64,000 bases of DNA from Rhina ancylostomus. Taxonomy: Eukaryota. The stretch lies in the NCBI GenBank assembly GCA_030265395.1, contig JARFYF010000119.1, positions 45,697,260 to 45,761,259 of the forward strand, in the 5' to 3' direction. The notes beneath the pieces were generated by a model, which worked only from the letters and a program-made list of their open reading frames with translations, was not told where the DNA came from and made no database searches. The position numbers and the translations under genes were made by a program. Below, piece by piece: positions 37,901 to 51,090 of the stretch (within the stretch, counting starts at the first letter, position 1; every line of letters starts with the position of its first letter).

Positions 37901-38745
37901 TCTTTTAGCTGTTAATGATGAGCAGGGTTGCTAACATTATCTTGCAACATTAAGGGAGAGGGTGCAGGAGGGGCTTATTGTAGGCAGGACTTGTAAGCAG
38001 GACAACAATGAACACTATACAACCGGAAGATCCCAGGATCAGACCAATTATGGCCATTGAGTGAAAGAATAAGAAAGAGATAAGAGCAAATGCAATAAAG
38101 GACCTGATGATGACGGAAGCTATAGTTGGTTTCCTCCAGAGTTCCACATTATGTGTAAAGTGAGAAGGAAAATTGATCAATTATATTTGAAGAATGAAGG
38201 TTATTGTAATAAAACCATCAGCTGAAAATCCAATCTCAAATCCAAGGTCAGTAAAAGCTAAAACTAGCCAAGGTGCAAGGCTCTGAGTGCTGCTGTGAAA
38301 ACCTTGCTGGATATTGAGCATTGTGTGGTTACTGGGTGATAAAAGGGCCAGTTTTGGTTCACTTCACCCAGGACACGTCGTCAGTTTTGGGACAGAAGTG
38401 GGGAGAATGCAGAAGTTATTTTTCTGTACTTTTTCTCTGGTCTTCACCCACTTGATACAATACCACACTGAATATCTGGAAAATCAATATCTCAAGACCA
38501 CAGGTCGTGAACCACAGGATTCTTTGCAAAGTAACAAATTAAACAGCAGGGAAGTGATCCTTAGAACATTGCATCAATAGTCCGTTAGTCTATCTTCTCA
38601 AAGCCCTCAACTGTTTTTGAATGGCAAGGTAACTATATCCTGACTATTCTGATTTTTTTCCAAAATTAATTGTCCTGATACATTATTTGTTTTCACTTTC
38701 CCATCACCATTTGATTGTATCTAATTTTGGTGGAGCTTCTAATCT

Positions 38746-39983
38746 TAGAACATAGAACAGGCCCTTCAGTCCACAATGTTGTGCCGACATTTTATCCTGC
38801 TCTAGGATCTATCTAACCCTTCCCTCCCACATAGCCCTCCATTTTCCTATCATTCATGTGCCTATCTAAGATTCTCTTAAATGTCCAATGCTGGCAGTGT
38901 GTTCCATGCACCCGCCACTATGTATAAAAACTTATCTCTGACATCCCCGCTATATCTTCTTCCAGTCGTCTTAAAGTTATGCCCGCTAGTGTTAGCCATT
39001 TTTGCTCTGGGGAAAATGTCTCTGACTGTTCACTCTTATCATCTTGTACACCTCTATCAAGTCACCTCTCATCCTCCTTCACTTCAAAGAGAAAAGCCCC
39101 AGCTCGCTCAACCTATCCTCATAAGACATGTTCTCCAATCCAGGCAACATCCTGGTAAATCTCCTCTGCACCCTCTCTAAAGCTTCCACATCCTTTGTAT
39201 AATGAGACGATCAGATCTGAACACAATATTCCAAGTGTGGTCTAACAAGAGTTTTATAGAGCTGCAACATTACATCTTGGCTCTTGAACTCAATACCCCG
39301 ACTGATGAAGGCCAACACACCATATGCCTCCTTAACAACCCTATCAACCTGCACAGCAATCTTGAGGGATATATTGACATGGACCCCAAGATCCCACTGT
39401 TCCTCTGCACTGCTAAGAGTCCTGCGATCAACCTTGTATTCTGCCTTCAAATTCAACCTTGTGAAGTGAATCACTTCACACTTTTCCAGGTTGAACTCCA
39501 TCTTCCACTTCTCAGCCCAGCTCTGCATCCTATCAATGACCTGTTGTAACCTGCAGCAACCTGCTACACCCCACTAACCTTTGTGTCATCTGCAAACTTA
39601 CTAACCCACCCTTCCACACTCCCATCCAAGTCATTTATGAAAATCACAAAGAGCAGGGGTCCCAGAACAGATGCTTGAAGAATACCACTGGTCACCGGTC
39701 TCCAGGCAGAATACACTCCATCTACCATCACCCTCTGTCTTCTATGGGCGAGCCAATTCTGAATCCACACAGCCAAGCTTCCCTGGATCCCATGCCTTCT
39801 GACTTCCTGAATGAGCCTTCAATGAGGAACTTTATTAAACGCCTTACTAAAATCCATGTACACCACATCCACAGCTCTACCTTCATCCATGTGCTTTGTC
39901 GCATCCTCAGAGAATTCAATCAGGCTCATGAGGCATGACCTGCCCCTCACAAAGCCATGCTGACTGTCCCTAATCAGCCTACG
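38746..39983 (-). mobile_element. CR1 LINE, RT domain to 3' tail (frameshifted)
   Basis: QHGFVRGRSCL...VDVVYMDFSKAFNKVPH; [14 protein letters not shown]...SKFADDTK; LYKTLVRPHLEYCVQ; tagaacatagaac tail. Confidence 0.95.
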
Positions 39984-41169
39984 CACCTCCAAATGCCCAT
40001 AAANNNNNNNNNNNNNNNNNNNNNNNNNNNNNNNNNNNNNNNNNNNNNNNNNNNNNNNNNNNNNNNNNNNNNNNNNNNNNNNNNNNNNNNNNNNNNNNNN
40101 NNNTGTAGGATTAGTGTACAGAGATGGTTGATGGTCAGCACAGACTCGGTGGGCTGAAGGGCCTGTTTCTCTACTGTATGAGTCTATGGCTATGATAATG
40201 GGCCAATAGGCAGTCTCGTCTTTACAGCCTGAGGAGCTCAGCCTCCTGAACTTCATCCCACTCCTCCTCTCACCTCTAACCTCTGTCTTCAGCCTTATCC
40301 ACTCAGCAAAGCCTCAGCAGCTCCTCATTCGCTGTGCTAACTCAGTGTAACTGCACTGTGTAATGAATTGACCTGCACGATCGGTATGCAAGACAAGTTT
40401 TTCACCGTGCTTCAGTACAAGTGACAATAATAAACCAATACCAATCTTCCACTTAGCCTTCTAGCATTAATATTGAATTCAACCATTTCAAATAATCAGC
40501 AATTCCCACCTTTTGCATCTCCCGCATCTAACATTCATTTTCTCCTCTGCTGGTGAATTATCATTATTCTATCTGCCCCTCTTCTGCACTTCGTTAATTA
40601 CCCCTCCATTCTTTCCCCAGCTCCTTTTCATCATTTATTCTCCCCTGCTCTCCACCCTGTTCCAGACCTCACCTTTCTTGTTCTTTCCTCTCTCCTCCCC
40701 AGTCAGGTCTCTGTTCAACGTGTGTCAATCCTGCTGCAAAAGATCATTGTGCAAGTTTTAAAGGAAAGGCAAAAATACTGCAGATGCTGGAACTCTGAAA
40801 CAAAAGCAAGAAAATGCTGGAAACACTCCGCAGGTCAGGCAGCATCTCTGGAGAGAGAAGCAGTTAATGTATTTTTGTGTGACCTTTGTAAAAGTAGGTA
40901 AAGTGAGAAGAGCTGCAGAGGGGGAGGGAGAGAATGGAGGGAAAGACCATGATAAGGGGGAACTAGACCCCTGGAGGTAGGGTGAAGGGGGTAGAAGGAG
41001 GGCCCTTCACAGTCCGCACCCCATCATAGAAATTCCCTTTGTGTTCTTGCTCCTGCCCCTGCCCCTACCCCCCACCCCTAACCCCACCCCACCACTGCTC
41101 TGCAACCTAGAACACAATTGTTTTCTCATATTTCCACTTCTGATGAGCGTCATTGAATCCAGACATTTA

Positions 41170-41470
41170 AGGTAAGATATCTTTATTAGTCACGTGTACA
41201 TCTGAACAGACAGTGAAATGTATCTTTTGCATAGAATGCTCTGAGGGCAGCCCATAAGTGTCGCCGCGCTTCCGGCGCCAACATGGCGTGCCCACAACTT
41301 CCTAACCCGTACGTCTTTGGAATGTGGGAGGAAACCAGAGCACCTGGAGGAAGCCCACACAGACACAGGGAGAACGTACAAACTCCTTACATACAGTGGC
41401 CTGAACTGAACCCAGGTCGCTGGCACTGTAATAACGTTACACTAACCGCTACACTACTGTACCTGCCCCC
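41170..41470 (-). mobile_element. V-SINE (HE1-like), near full length
   Basis: A-box- and B-box-like head, V-domain and tail. Confidence 0.9.
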
Positions 41471-42116
41471 TACACTACCGTGTGTACCCTCCTCCTCCCC
41501 CTTCCCCATGTGTAGGACTGTGATGAGAAGAAATGCTTTCACTCCGGCTGGTGAGTTTTTGGAACGCTGAAAGGAGGGCTGCACCGACATAGTCATTGTC
41601 TTCATTCAAAACAGATGGACAGATTTCTCAATATTAAAGCAATCAAGGGATTTGGGGATGGATCAGGAAAACGGTATTAAGGTGGAAGATCGGCAATTAT
41701 TTTGATGAAAATGAAACAAGCGTTTTGCAGGGAAAGGTCCCTACCATGTTATTGTGGAAACAATTAACAACTGGTTGGAGATCAAACACTAGAGAATTAC
41801 TTCCTAAAATGTACTTAATTATTAATGTTTTTGATTTTTTTTCAGAATGCTTTAATTATTTCATTTAAGGTAACATTTGAAACACAAATTGTCTTTATTC
41901 TGTGTTTTTAAAACACCAGGTAACTTTATCTGCCAATCTGATAAGCTTTATGTAAGTAACATTGAAACGTATTTGTGGGTGACAAAGTGAACGATTATGG
42001 TTCTGATGTTTGTGAGGTTTATAACTTTGTAACTGTGTTTCAGGAATATGAGCCTGTTAGTGTTGCTTTATCAGCTCTGATCTTGTATTTACTGCACTTG
42101 ACTTTCAGATATTGCT

Positions 42117-42143
42117 ATGTGGAAACCTGTCAGCAATGACTGA
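42117..42143 (+). promoter_or_regulatory. Upstream ORF (MWKPVSND*) overlapping the pkia start codon
   Basis: ATG at 42117 lies inside the exon, 19 nt before the main ATG and out of frame; TGA at 42141-42143. Confidence 0.7.
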
Positions 42144-42286
42144 TGTTGAAACCTCGTATGCAGACTTCATTGCTTCAGGACGGACAGGTCGGAGAAATGC
42201 ACTGCACGACATCCTGGGTTCTCCATCAGGTGTAAACACAAGTGATTTAAGCCTTAAACTAGCAGAACTGAACATTGACAAAAAAG
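42136..42286 (+). CDS. pkia: cAMP-dependent protein kinase inhibitor alpha, first coding exon (151 coding nt; exon starts 42109)
   Basis: Translates MTDVETSYADFIASGRTGRRNALHDILGSPSGVNTSDLSLKLAELNIDKK. It contains the PKI(5-24)-like inhibitory peptide with pseudosubstrate GRRNA and the leucine-rich NES LSLKLAELNI (mammalian LALKLAGLDI). Acceptor actttcAG at 42107-42108; phase-1 donor AAG|GTGAGG at 42287. Confidence 0.97.
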
Positions 42287-42332
42287 GTGAGGGTTATAAT
42301 TGGCGCTTTTATTTGGCTGTGCACTTGGTTGA

Positions 42333-42880
42333 TCAGCTCTGTGAGTAGTTTTGGGCCCTGTATCTAAGGAAAGATGTGCTGGCCCCGGAGAAGGTCCACA
42401 GGAGGTTCACAAGAATGACCCAAGAAATGAAAGGCTTAACGTATGAAGGGCATTTGATGTCTCTGGGCCTGTATTCGATGGAGTTCAGAAGGATGAGGGG
42501 GGATCTTATTGAAACCTACCGGATACTGAAAGGCCTGGATAAAGCGAAGGTGGAGAGGTTGTTTCCAGTAATGGGAGAATCTAGGATCTGAGGGAACAGA
42601 ATAGCCTCAGAATAAAGGGACATCCCTTTAGAACTGAGATGAAGAATTTCTTCAGCCAGAGGGTGGTGAATTTGTTGCCACAGACAGCTGTGGAGGCCAA
42701 GTCATTGGATGTATTTAAAGTAGAGATTAATAGATTCTTGATTGGTAAGTGGGGTTAAGGGTAATGGGAAGAAGGCAAGAGAATGGGTTGGGGGGAGAAA
42801 AACCAGCCATGATTGGATGGCAGAGCAGACTCAATGAACTGAATGGCCTAATTCTACTCCTATATTGTATGTTCTTATGG
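42333..42880 (+). mobile_element. CR1 LINE 3' fragment in the pkia intron
   Basis: EKVHRRFTRM...LGLYSMEFRRMRGDLIETYRILKGLD followed by the CR1 tail. Confidence 0.92.
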
Positions 42881-43672
42881 TTAAATTATAATTTCTTTTG
42901 TAATAGTTTTTAATGGAACATACTAGGTTGTAGCCAATGTTTAACAGAGTAAATCGGTCAAAGGGTTCCGATGATCTATCACTTTTTATTAATCTCATAT
43001 GAGGTACAGACCATTAATTACTGACCAGCACCCCAATGCATGGCACTGGAGTATTCCAGGGCAGTCGTAAAGCTTTATTTGACTTTTTTAAAATTGGGTA
43101 GAGATTTTAGATCTATGGCCTTACTGGATATAGGATATCTTTGTTACACATTTTGCACCTTCCATCACCAGCTCTGAGTAATGATGAAGATCTGCATTTA
43201 TACATTGTAAAACACAAACTTGCCAAAGGACCAGGCTTGAGCACAAAAATCAACACATACAGGTCCTTGCAGCCAATAGGAGGAGGAGATGTTAATACTA
43301 TTATTCTGGGTTGAATTTGAACGGAAGCATGAAAGGACATTGCCAAATCAGATCCATAGATGTAAGAAAAATAAATCAGAATATTCTCCCAATGGCAGAA
43401 AGTTGGGGCCATGAAGGAGCAGAGACATTTAAAGATACATGTAGAGTGATTACTATAAGCTGGTAGATAAGTTCAGAATATAATTAAAAGTAGTTGGATG
43501 TTGGTTTTTATCTCAGGGTTCTTTGACTAAAAAGCCTAAAGGTTAAATGTTATTTTTAGATGGACTTCTGGTNNNNNNNNNNNNNNNNNNNNNNNNNNNN
43601 NNNNNNNNNNNNNNNNNNNNNNNNNNNNNNNNNNNNNNNNNNNNNNNNNNNNNNNNNNNNNNNNNNNNNNNN

Positions 43673-44470
43673 GTAGATGGAGTGCTTACCATGTGGACCA
43701 CTGTGTCCTTTATGGTGCAGATCTTAAGTGCTGTTGAAGCTGCTGAAGTGTAGGGTATTCCATCACACTCTTGACTTGAGCCTTGTGGATGGTAGACAGG
43801 CTCTGGGGAGTTACGAAGTGAGTTACTTGCCTCTGATCTGCTCTTTTATCCACATTATGTGTATGGCTATTACAGTCCAGTTCTTGGCCAGTGACAGTAG
43901 CACCACTGAATGTCAGAGGGTGATAGTTGGATATTCTCTTGTTGGGTATTGTTATTGCTTGGCACTTGTGTGGCATGAATGTTACTTGCCACCTATCAGC
44001 CCAGGCCTGGATAATGTCCAGGTTTTGTTGCATTTGGATGCAGACCACTTCATTATCTGGCTACTCACAAATGTTGCTGAACGTTATGCAATCATTAGCA
44101 AACATACCTACTTCTGACTTTAAAATTGAAGGAAGGTTATTGATGATGTAGCTGAAAATGGTTCCTACCCTGAGAGACTCCTGCAGTGATGTCCCGAGGC
44201 TGAGATGATTGACTTCTAGCTACTACAATCAACTTTCTTTGTGCGAGGTATGATTCCAACCAGTGGAAGTTTTTCCCCCAGTTCACATTGACTCCAATTT
44301 AGCCAGGGCTCCTTGAAGCCATACTCAATAAACTGCTGCTTTGATGTCAAGGGCTGTTACTCTCATTTCATTTCTGGAGTTTAACTCTCTTGTCTATGTT
44401 TGGACCAAGGCTGTCATGAGGTCAGGAGCTGAGTCACTTTGGTGAATCCCGAAATGAGCTTCTATGAGCA
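43673..44470 (-). mobile_element. CR1-group LINE RT fragment
   Basis: IQAWADRWQVTFMPHKCQ...PQSLSTIHKAQVKSVMEY. Confidence 0.85.
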
Positions 44471-45329
44471 GGCCAGAAAGTAAAACATCTGGCTATTCTC
44501 TTCATGCTCACAATACCAGAACTTTCATACTGAATCTCATCCAGATTACACACTTTGATCATATACATCAAAGCATCCATTGTAACCAACTTAAAGCTGA
44601 GCGGCCACTTGCTCCAGTCTCACTCTCAAGGTGTCACAGTGGATTATTGCACAAAACATCTCTATTCCTCCTGTGCTTCTTATCAATTACCATTGTTTCT
44701 CACAGTGTAGTGTTTGCTATAGACTACCCTTTGCGAAAGGTCAACATTAAAGCAACTCACTTCACAAATTGTTTCTTTTTGCTGATTGACACCAACACAC
44801 TGTTTTTGATCTTCTATCCTTGTCACCAATTTGCAATGCATGTGCGTGTGTCTGTATTTCTTACTTTCAACCTAAACAATGCAGAGTGTTAGAAAAACAC
44901 AAAGAGAAATGGAGAGGTGGTTTATTCAAATTTCTAACTCTGTTCATTTGCCTATGCATTATATATACATGTCATACACTGTTCATGTAAAACTTTCCAA
45001 CCCATATTCTCAGTCATTAGCTTCACCTTGCCTCACTATTCCCATCAACCCAGCCACTAATTGGGTCATCTCTGATCATTTTCTTGATTTGCTATACACA
45101 TATATGGCTCTTAACCCTCCCAGTGCTTCTTCTATCTGTGTCTGCCCCAGGAAAATAATCTCTCTTAATTCACTTACATAGGCATTTTAACATTTTCAGC
45201 ATCTGAACTTTGGCTCTAATTCACAGCAATATTCCTGATCCACTCACTCACATTCTCACCCCTAAATCTGACACACAAGTTTCCATTAAAATCATTACTC
45301 TCTCTTACCCTGGTCACCTCAAGGAGTGT

Positions 45330-45386
45330 AACCCTCATCTCTACTTCCTTAATTCAAAACCCTCATCTCTACTTCCTTAATTCAAA
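45330..45386. repeat. Perfect 28-bp tandem duplication
   Basis: aaccctcatctctacttccttaattcaa x2. Confidence 0.9.
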
Positions 45387-46314
45387 GGGACACAAACTTC
45401 AGTGGATATTGTGGGCAACCAGTTTAAATATACACTGTCAAAACAAGCCAGATCATGTAAAGAACTATTGACCCCTCCTCTCATCTGTCAAAACTGCTCT
45501 CAATTCTTGAATCATCCTTAAATGCAAAGATAATCCATGATTTCTTTTCTCTATCACAAATAATCTTCTTAAATCCTTCTCCTTGCCTGGTTATTGAGGA
45601 GCTCCTGGACTTTAATACTAGAATTGAGACTGTCTCATCAGCCAGCTCTGTGCCTCCCTCCTTATCTACCTGGAACAAATTTCTGATGTTTCCTCCAGCC
45701 CTATTGCTAAACTCTATTCTTTCTCTTGTCTATCTCTTCTCATGTTCTTTGCAAACTCATCTGCACTTAAGACCCTACTTCTCATCCCACTAAACTACTG
45801 ATTACTCAGCTTCCCTTCTTCATGCCTATGGAAGTTAATACTGCCAATGCTTCTCCGTCCCTTAGTACTGCCTTATTGACCTAGGGTTGAGTTTTGCACC
45901 TCTCCTCTGTGACATTTTGAAAGGTGCTTATTTCCACCTTGAAATCCATGCCTTTGTTACATGGCACTCCTGAATGGATCCCTTCTTTCTAAGCTCCATT
46001 AACTTGCGACCATCTCAAACTCAGATCATGGTGTCCTAACTTCCATCAATCCCATTCATCCATCACCCCTTTGGTTACTGATCTGCAATGACTCCTGGTT
46101 ATCCACACCTCGAGGACTGCAGCAGCTCAAGAAGGCAACTCACCATCTCAAGGGCAACTAGGGATGGACAATTCAATGCTGGCTCAAACTGTGAAGCCCA
46201 CATCCCTTGAATGAATAATAAAAAGTGAAAGCTCAGTTTTAAGATTTCATTCTTTGTTTTCAAATTCTTCCATGGTCTCATCTCTCCTTATCCCATTAGT
46301 CTCTTTTTTAAATA

Positions 46315-46590
46315 TATTTACTTATTAGTCACATGTACCAAAAACACAGTGAAATGCTTCTTTTTGCATTACTGAGAATGTGCTGGGGGCAGCCTGTAAG
46401 TGTCACCACTCTTCTGATACCAACATAGCACGCCACAGCTCCTAATCTGTATGCCTTTGGAATGTGGGAGGAAACCAGAGCACCCGGAGAAAACCCCCAC
46501 AGCCACAAGGAGAACGTACAAACTCCTCTCAGGCAGCAGTGAGAAATGAACCTTAGTCGCTAGTGCTGTAATAGCATTATGCTAACTGCT
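46315..46590 (-). mobile_element. V-SINE (HE1-like) inserted in an old L2 3' region
   Basis: Family match. The flanking 46600-46880 ends in an L2-type tail, aaaggtactatgtaaatgaaagctgttg. Confidence 0.85.
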
Positions 46591-47277
46591 AGCCCTATAG
46601 CTCTATTATATATCTGAATGCTTTCAATTTATATATTTGCACATCCCTATATTTAATTGGAGCACTGTTGGTAGATGTGTCTTTAAGTCTTTAAGGCCAT
46701 TAGTTCTGGAGCCCCCCCCGAAAACCTCACCACCTCTAACTCTTTCCCCCTTTGACAGTCCTTAAAACCTGTCCCTTTGACCAAATATCTCATCTGGCTG
46801 GGCATCAGTTATTTTTGAAATGTGCCTTGAGATGTCTTTTGTTAAGTTAAAGGTACTATGTAAATGAAAGCTGTTGTGGCTGAATTTGAAAAGTTTATCT
46901 TTGTTTAATGGCTCATCTGAAACAGCAAATGCCCCAAATACTTCCCTAATTACAAACAGGACACTGTAACTGTATGAATTTAATTAACACCTATAACAAG
47001 GCAAAACAGAAGACTAATAGAACAAAATTTGCTACCCATTTAAAGAAATTTTAGGACAAGTACTAGAAAAGAGGTAGATTTTGAAGAAGTGACTTGAAAA
47101 AGGAGATAAATAAAGAAAGAGGAAGATTTAAGGAAGGAATGCCAGAACAGGACCTAAATAGCTGAAGACATGGCAACCAATGGTTGTGCATCAGGCCAAA
47201 ATTGGAGGAGGCAGAGAAATCAGAGAATTGCAGGACCAGAGGAAATCACAGAGAAAGAGGGGCAAGGCTATGAAGAA

Positions 47278-48120
47278 GTATAGATAAATTAAGTGAGTAG
47301 GCAAAGGTCTGGCAGATGGAGTACAATGCTGATAAATGCAAGGTCATTAATTTTGGAAGGAAGAATAGAAGATCAGATTATTATTTAAACGGTGAGAGAT
47401 TGCAGAATGCTGTCGTGCAGAGGGCGTGCTTGTGCATGAATCACAAAAGGTTGGTTTGCAGGTGCAACAGGTGATCAAGAAGACAAATGGAATGTTGGCC
47501 TTCATCACTAGAGGGATTAAATTTAAGAGCAGGGAGGTTATGCTGCAACTGTACAGGATACTGGTGAGACTACACCTGGAGTACTGCGTGCAGTTCTGGT
47601 CTCCTTACTTGAGGAAAGATGTACTGGCTTTGGAGGCAGTGCAGAGGAGGTTCACCAGGTTGATTCCAGAGATGAGGGGGCCAGTCTTTAAGGAGAGACT
47701 GAGTCATCTAGGACTATACTCAGAAGAATGAGGGGATCTTATAGAAACATATAAAGTTATGAAAGGAATAGATAAGGTAGAGGCAGGAAGGCTGTTTCCT
47801 CTGGTAGGTGAGACTAGAACAAGGGGATGTAGCTTCAAGATCCAGGGGAATAGATTTAGGATGGGAGATAAGGAGAAACCTCTTTTCCCAGAGAACAGTG
47901 AATCTGTGGAATTCTCTGCCCAGGGAAGCAGTAGAGGCTACCTCATTAAATATTTTTAAGACACAGTTAGATAGATTTTTGCATAGTAGAGGAATTAAGG
48001 GTTATGGAGAAAAGGCAGGTAGGTGGAGTTGAGTCCACAGCCAGATCAGCCGTGATCTTATTGAATGGCGGAGCAGGCTGGACGGGCCTGATGGCTTCCT
48101 CCTGTTCCTATTCTTATGTA
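47278..48120 (+). mobile_element. CR1 LINE 3' part
   Basis: LYRILVRLHLEYCVQFWSPYLRKDVLALEAVQRRFTRLIP; RRNLFSQRTVNLWNSLP; tail. Confidence 0.95.
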
Positions 48121-48801
48121 GGACATGCAGGTTACCTAAAATTGGAAAATTCAATATTCATCCAGTTTGCATTGGGTCTCTCCCTAGCAGTAGAGAAGGC
48201 AGAGGACAGGAAGATCGGTGTGGGAATGGGGAGGGGAGCTGAACTAGTCACACAGCATGGAAACACGGCCCTTTGGCCCAAATCATTCATACTGACCAAG
48301 ATGCCATTTAACCTAGTCCCAGTTACCCACATTTAACACATATCTCTCTGAAACTGTCCCATCCATGAAGATAAAACCAAATAGCAAACAGCCGGGAGCT
48401 CAAGGTGGCTGTGGCAAAGAACAACGGGAATTATCTTGATGTCTTTTTCCACAAAGATCTACGAATGCCGTGGTCTTGCTTCTCTTCCAGTTCTGTTGAT
48501 TCAGAAGTGGCTGATGAGTCCAGTGTGGGATCTCAAACTCTTCCACAGATGGGGCAGGAGGAATGGGTGAATGGGTAGTTTAAGATGGTGCACTCCTGGC
48601 ACAGTTATGTTGAGCCTCTGTGTGCTGCCCATGTACAGACAGGTGTTTCTCATTGTCATTTTGAGTTCTCCTCTTCTTGGAGCTGTCATGGGCCTTCTGC
48701 ACAATGAGCTTTTGTTTTCTGCCATGACCTTTGATGCAGCACTTTATCCAATGTCTTCCAGTACGTCCACCCTTTATCTACACTACTGGGTGTTGGTTAT
48801 G

Positions 48802-48950
48802 ATAAGATATTTATTTATTAGTCACATGTACATCGAAACACATAGTGAAATACATCTTTTCGCGTTGCTAATAATGAGCTGGGGGCAGCCCGCAAGCGTC
48901 GCCACTCTTCCGGCGCCAGCATAGCATGCCCACAGTTCCACACCTGTCCG
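48802..48950 (-). mobile_element. V-SINE 3' half
   Basis: Matches the tail of the 41170 copy. Confidence 0.8.
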
Positions 48951-51090
48951 CGTTGTATTCCAAGCTAGGAGGAGGAGGACTCCATCGGAATTAACTATCC
49001 CTACACCCCGCTAGCTAACCTTTCACCTTTCCAGTGGATCCCTTTCTTTCCAACAATGGTATTGGGGTTTGGGGTTGCCCAATTGAATCAGTTTACCTCC
49101 CATTGGGATGTGAGCAGAGTGTTTCTTTCCCCAGAGTGAAAATACAAGACCTCCTTGGCCACATCTAGGAACTGATGACTGTAGCAGGCTGGTTCCACTT
49201 TGGGGGTGCAGGGTCATGAGGTATTCACTTACCTCACAAAGGTGGGGTTCTTGACAGCAAAACTCACTCATAAAGGAAGCTTTCCCCTCCCAGCTTTCCT
49301 CTTCAAAGGTGGCTCACCACTTTGATCTTCTGCCTGTCATAGCAGCTCTGATTCGGGTTGGTTGCTTCCGAGAATGAGTGTGGGGGTCCTGACAATCCGG
49401 ATCTGGCCTTCATTTTGAAGAGTGGAAGATGGCAATGTACGGCGTTTTTTAGCATAGGGTAGCCATTGCACAACAGCTACCTCAGGCTTGACAGAGCAAG
49501 GTCCGGATCAGTTGGCAAGGAGGTTCAAGAGGATGAGAGATCAGGTTCTGCTACATGGATATTGGTACAAGTGGATGGAAGCCTATCGCCATACATGTCA
49601 TCAGCCTCGATCCTCCATTACTTCAGTGTCCTCCTTCCACCCTCCCTCTGTCCCTCTTGCTCTCCCCATCCTCTCTTGCTTCCTGCTGCTTGATCTCTCC
49701 TCCTTTCTCTGATCACCTCTTCCTCTCCACCTTCCTCACTCCTCCCAATTCCTCCCCATGCCCTCCCTTGCCTTACAGCCTTGAGAAAATTATCAGATAG
49801 AGCCTCTTAACTGGGTCAAAACCTCAGTTAACCGCCCCATGATGCCCGAAGCTATCTTATCAAGTTGTCTGAGGCCTGTGGTCTCTCAGGGATACCAACT
49901 AGGTCTCTGAAAACTTTAAGTCCACACCGCTGCTCCATGCTGTCCATGTTGGGATTGTGCTTCAGCTGCTGTGGCTGATTGTTGAGTCCCACTGCTTTCC
50001 TTACCAGTGAATGGGGGCAGATTATAGTCCAAATTCCAGGAGAAGACCCGTGCCCCTGCTGTGACTAGAAGGTGCAATGTTATAGAATGGGAGAACAAAC
50101 TTAAGGGCCTGTATCACCCATCTGTTTTGCATCCTGCCATCCTGTTGGTTTTTTTATTGTATATGATTAGTTGTCAAAAAGCAGAGGTCATTTTGTTTGG
50201 CAGCTACAAAGAAACAAAGCACAATCCATTGAGTTTTCCACTTCAATGCTACCTGAAGGTCAATTTGTCTCACTTTATAAAGTAGCTCCAAATTTCATTG
50301 ACTGTGCTCTGACCTGCAGGGAGTGCCTTTGGAGAATTCAGCCTCTACACTATGAGGAGGCACTGTGCCAGCAAGAATGCAACTCTTTCCCTTGAGTAGC
50401 CTCCTCCTATTCCTGGCCGTTTCTGCCTTAACTGAGCAAAGCAAATAAACCGGTGAATATGCAGTTATAGCTGATCAATGTGTGTGATAACTGTGGATAT
50501 GTGGGAGGTGGGCATGGAAGGGGGTAGGGGTGTGATGGGGTTAGGGAGAAGCAGGAAGTGAATGTTAGAATTAAAGTATTTATAGTGCTGTAGAAGTCAC
50601 CCTAACATAACTACTGTCATAATGTCATGATCCACTGTCCCCCTCTCCTCTCTCTCCTCCCTCTGGCATTAGTTGGTTCTCCCCCTGACATTCGCCAACA
50701 CGTCAAGGTGTCGCTTGGTATGCTCCAGCCTCTCGCCCATGGCAGCTGCAATATGTATTGCTGCTGCTTGCCTACCATGGGGAGTGTGCTTTTAAGGGTG
50801 ATACCCCTTCTTTGAATATTGAATCGGCAGTAGTTATGANNNNNNNNNNGGTTAGGTGGGGGTGGATGGGTCTGTGATTGTGGGAGGGATGGGAAGGGCG
50901 TGGGGAGCAGGAATTCTGACACTCACACTTACATTGTTGCACATGTGCTTGTGGGGAACTTAGTGAGCTTGGGTGTGATATGACTAGGGGCTGGCCAAAC
51001 GCACACCAGAAAAGGTGAAGCCCATTTTCGAGGCTAAATCCTTTCAGCAACATCTGAAAATATTTCTAAACTGTTGTTCCTTTTTATTAG

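Noticed and set aside
42112-42348. 78-aa single-exon ORF from the track as the real PKI protein
   Set aside because: It starts at TTG and runs into the intron. The spliced 76-aa model fits the splice signals and the known PKI-alpha length and C-terminus.
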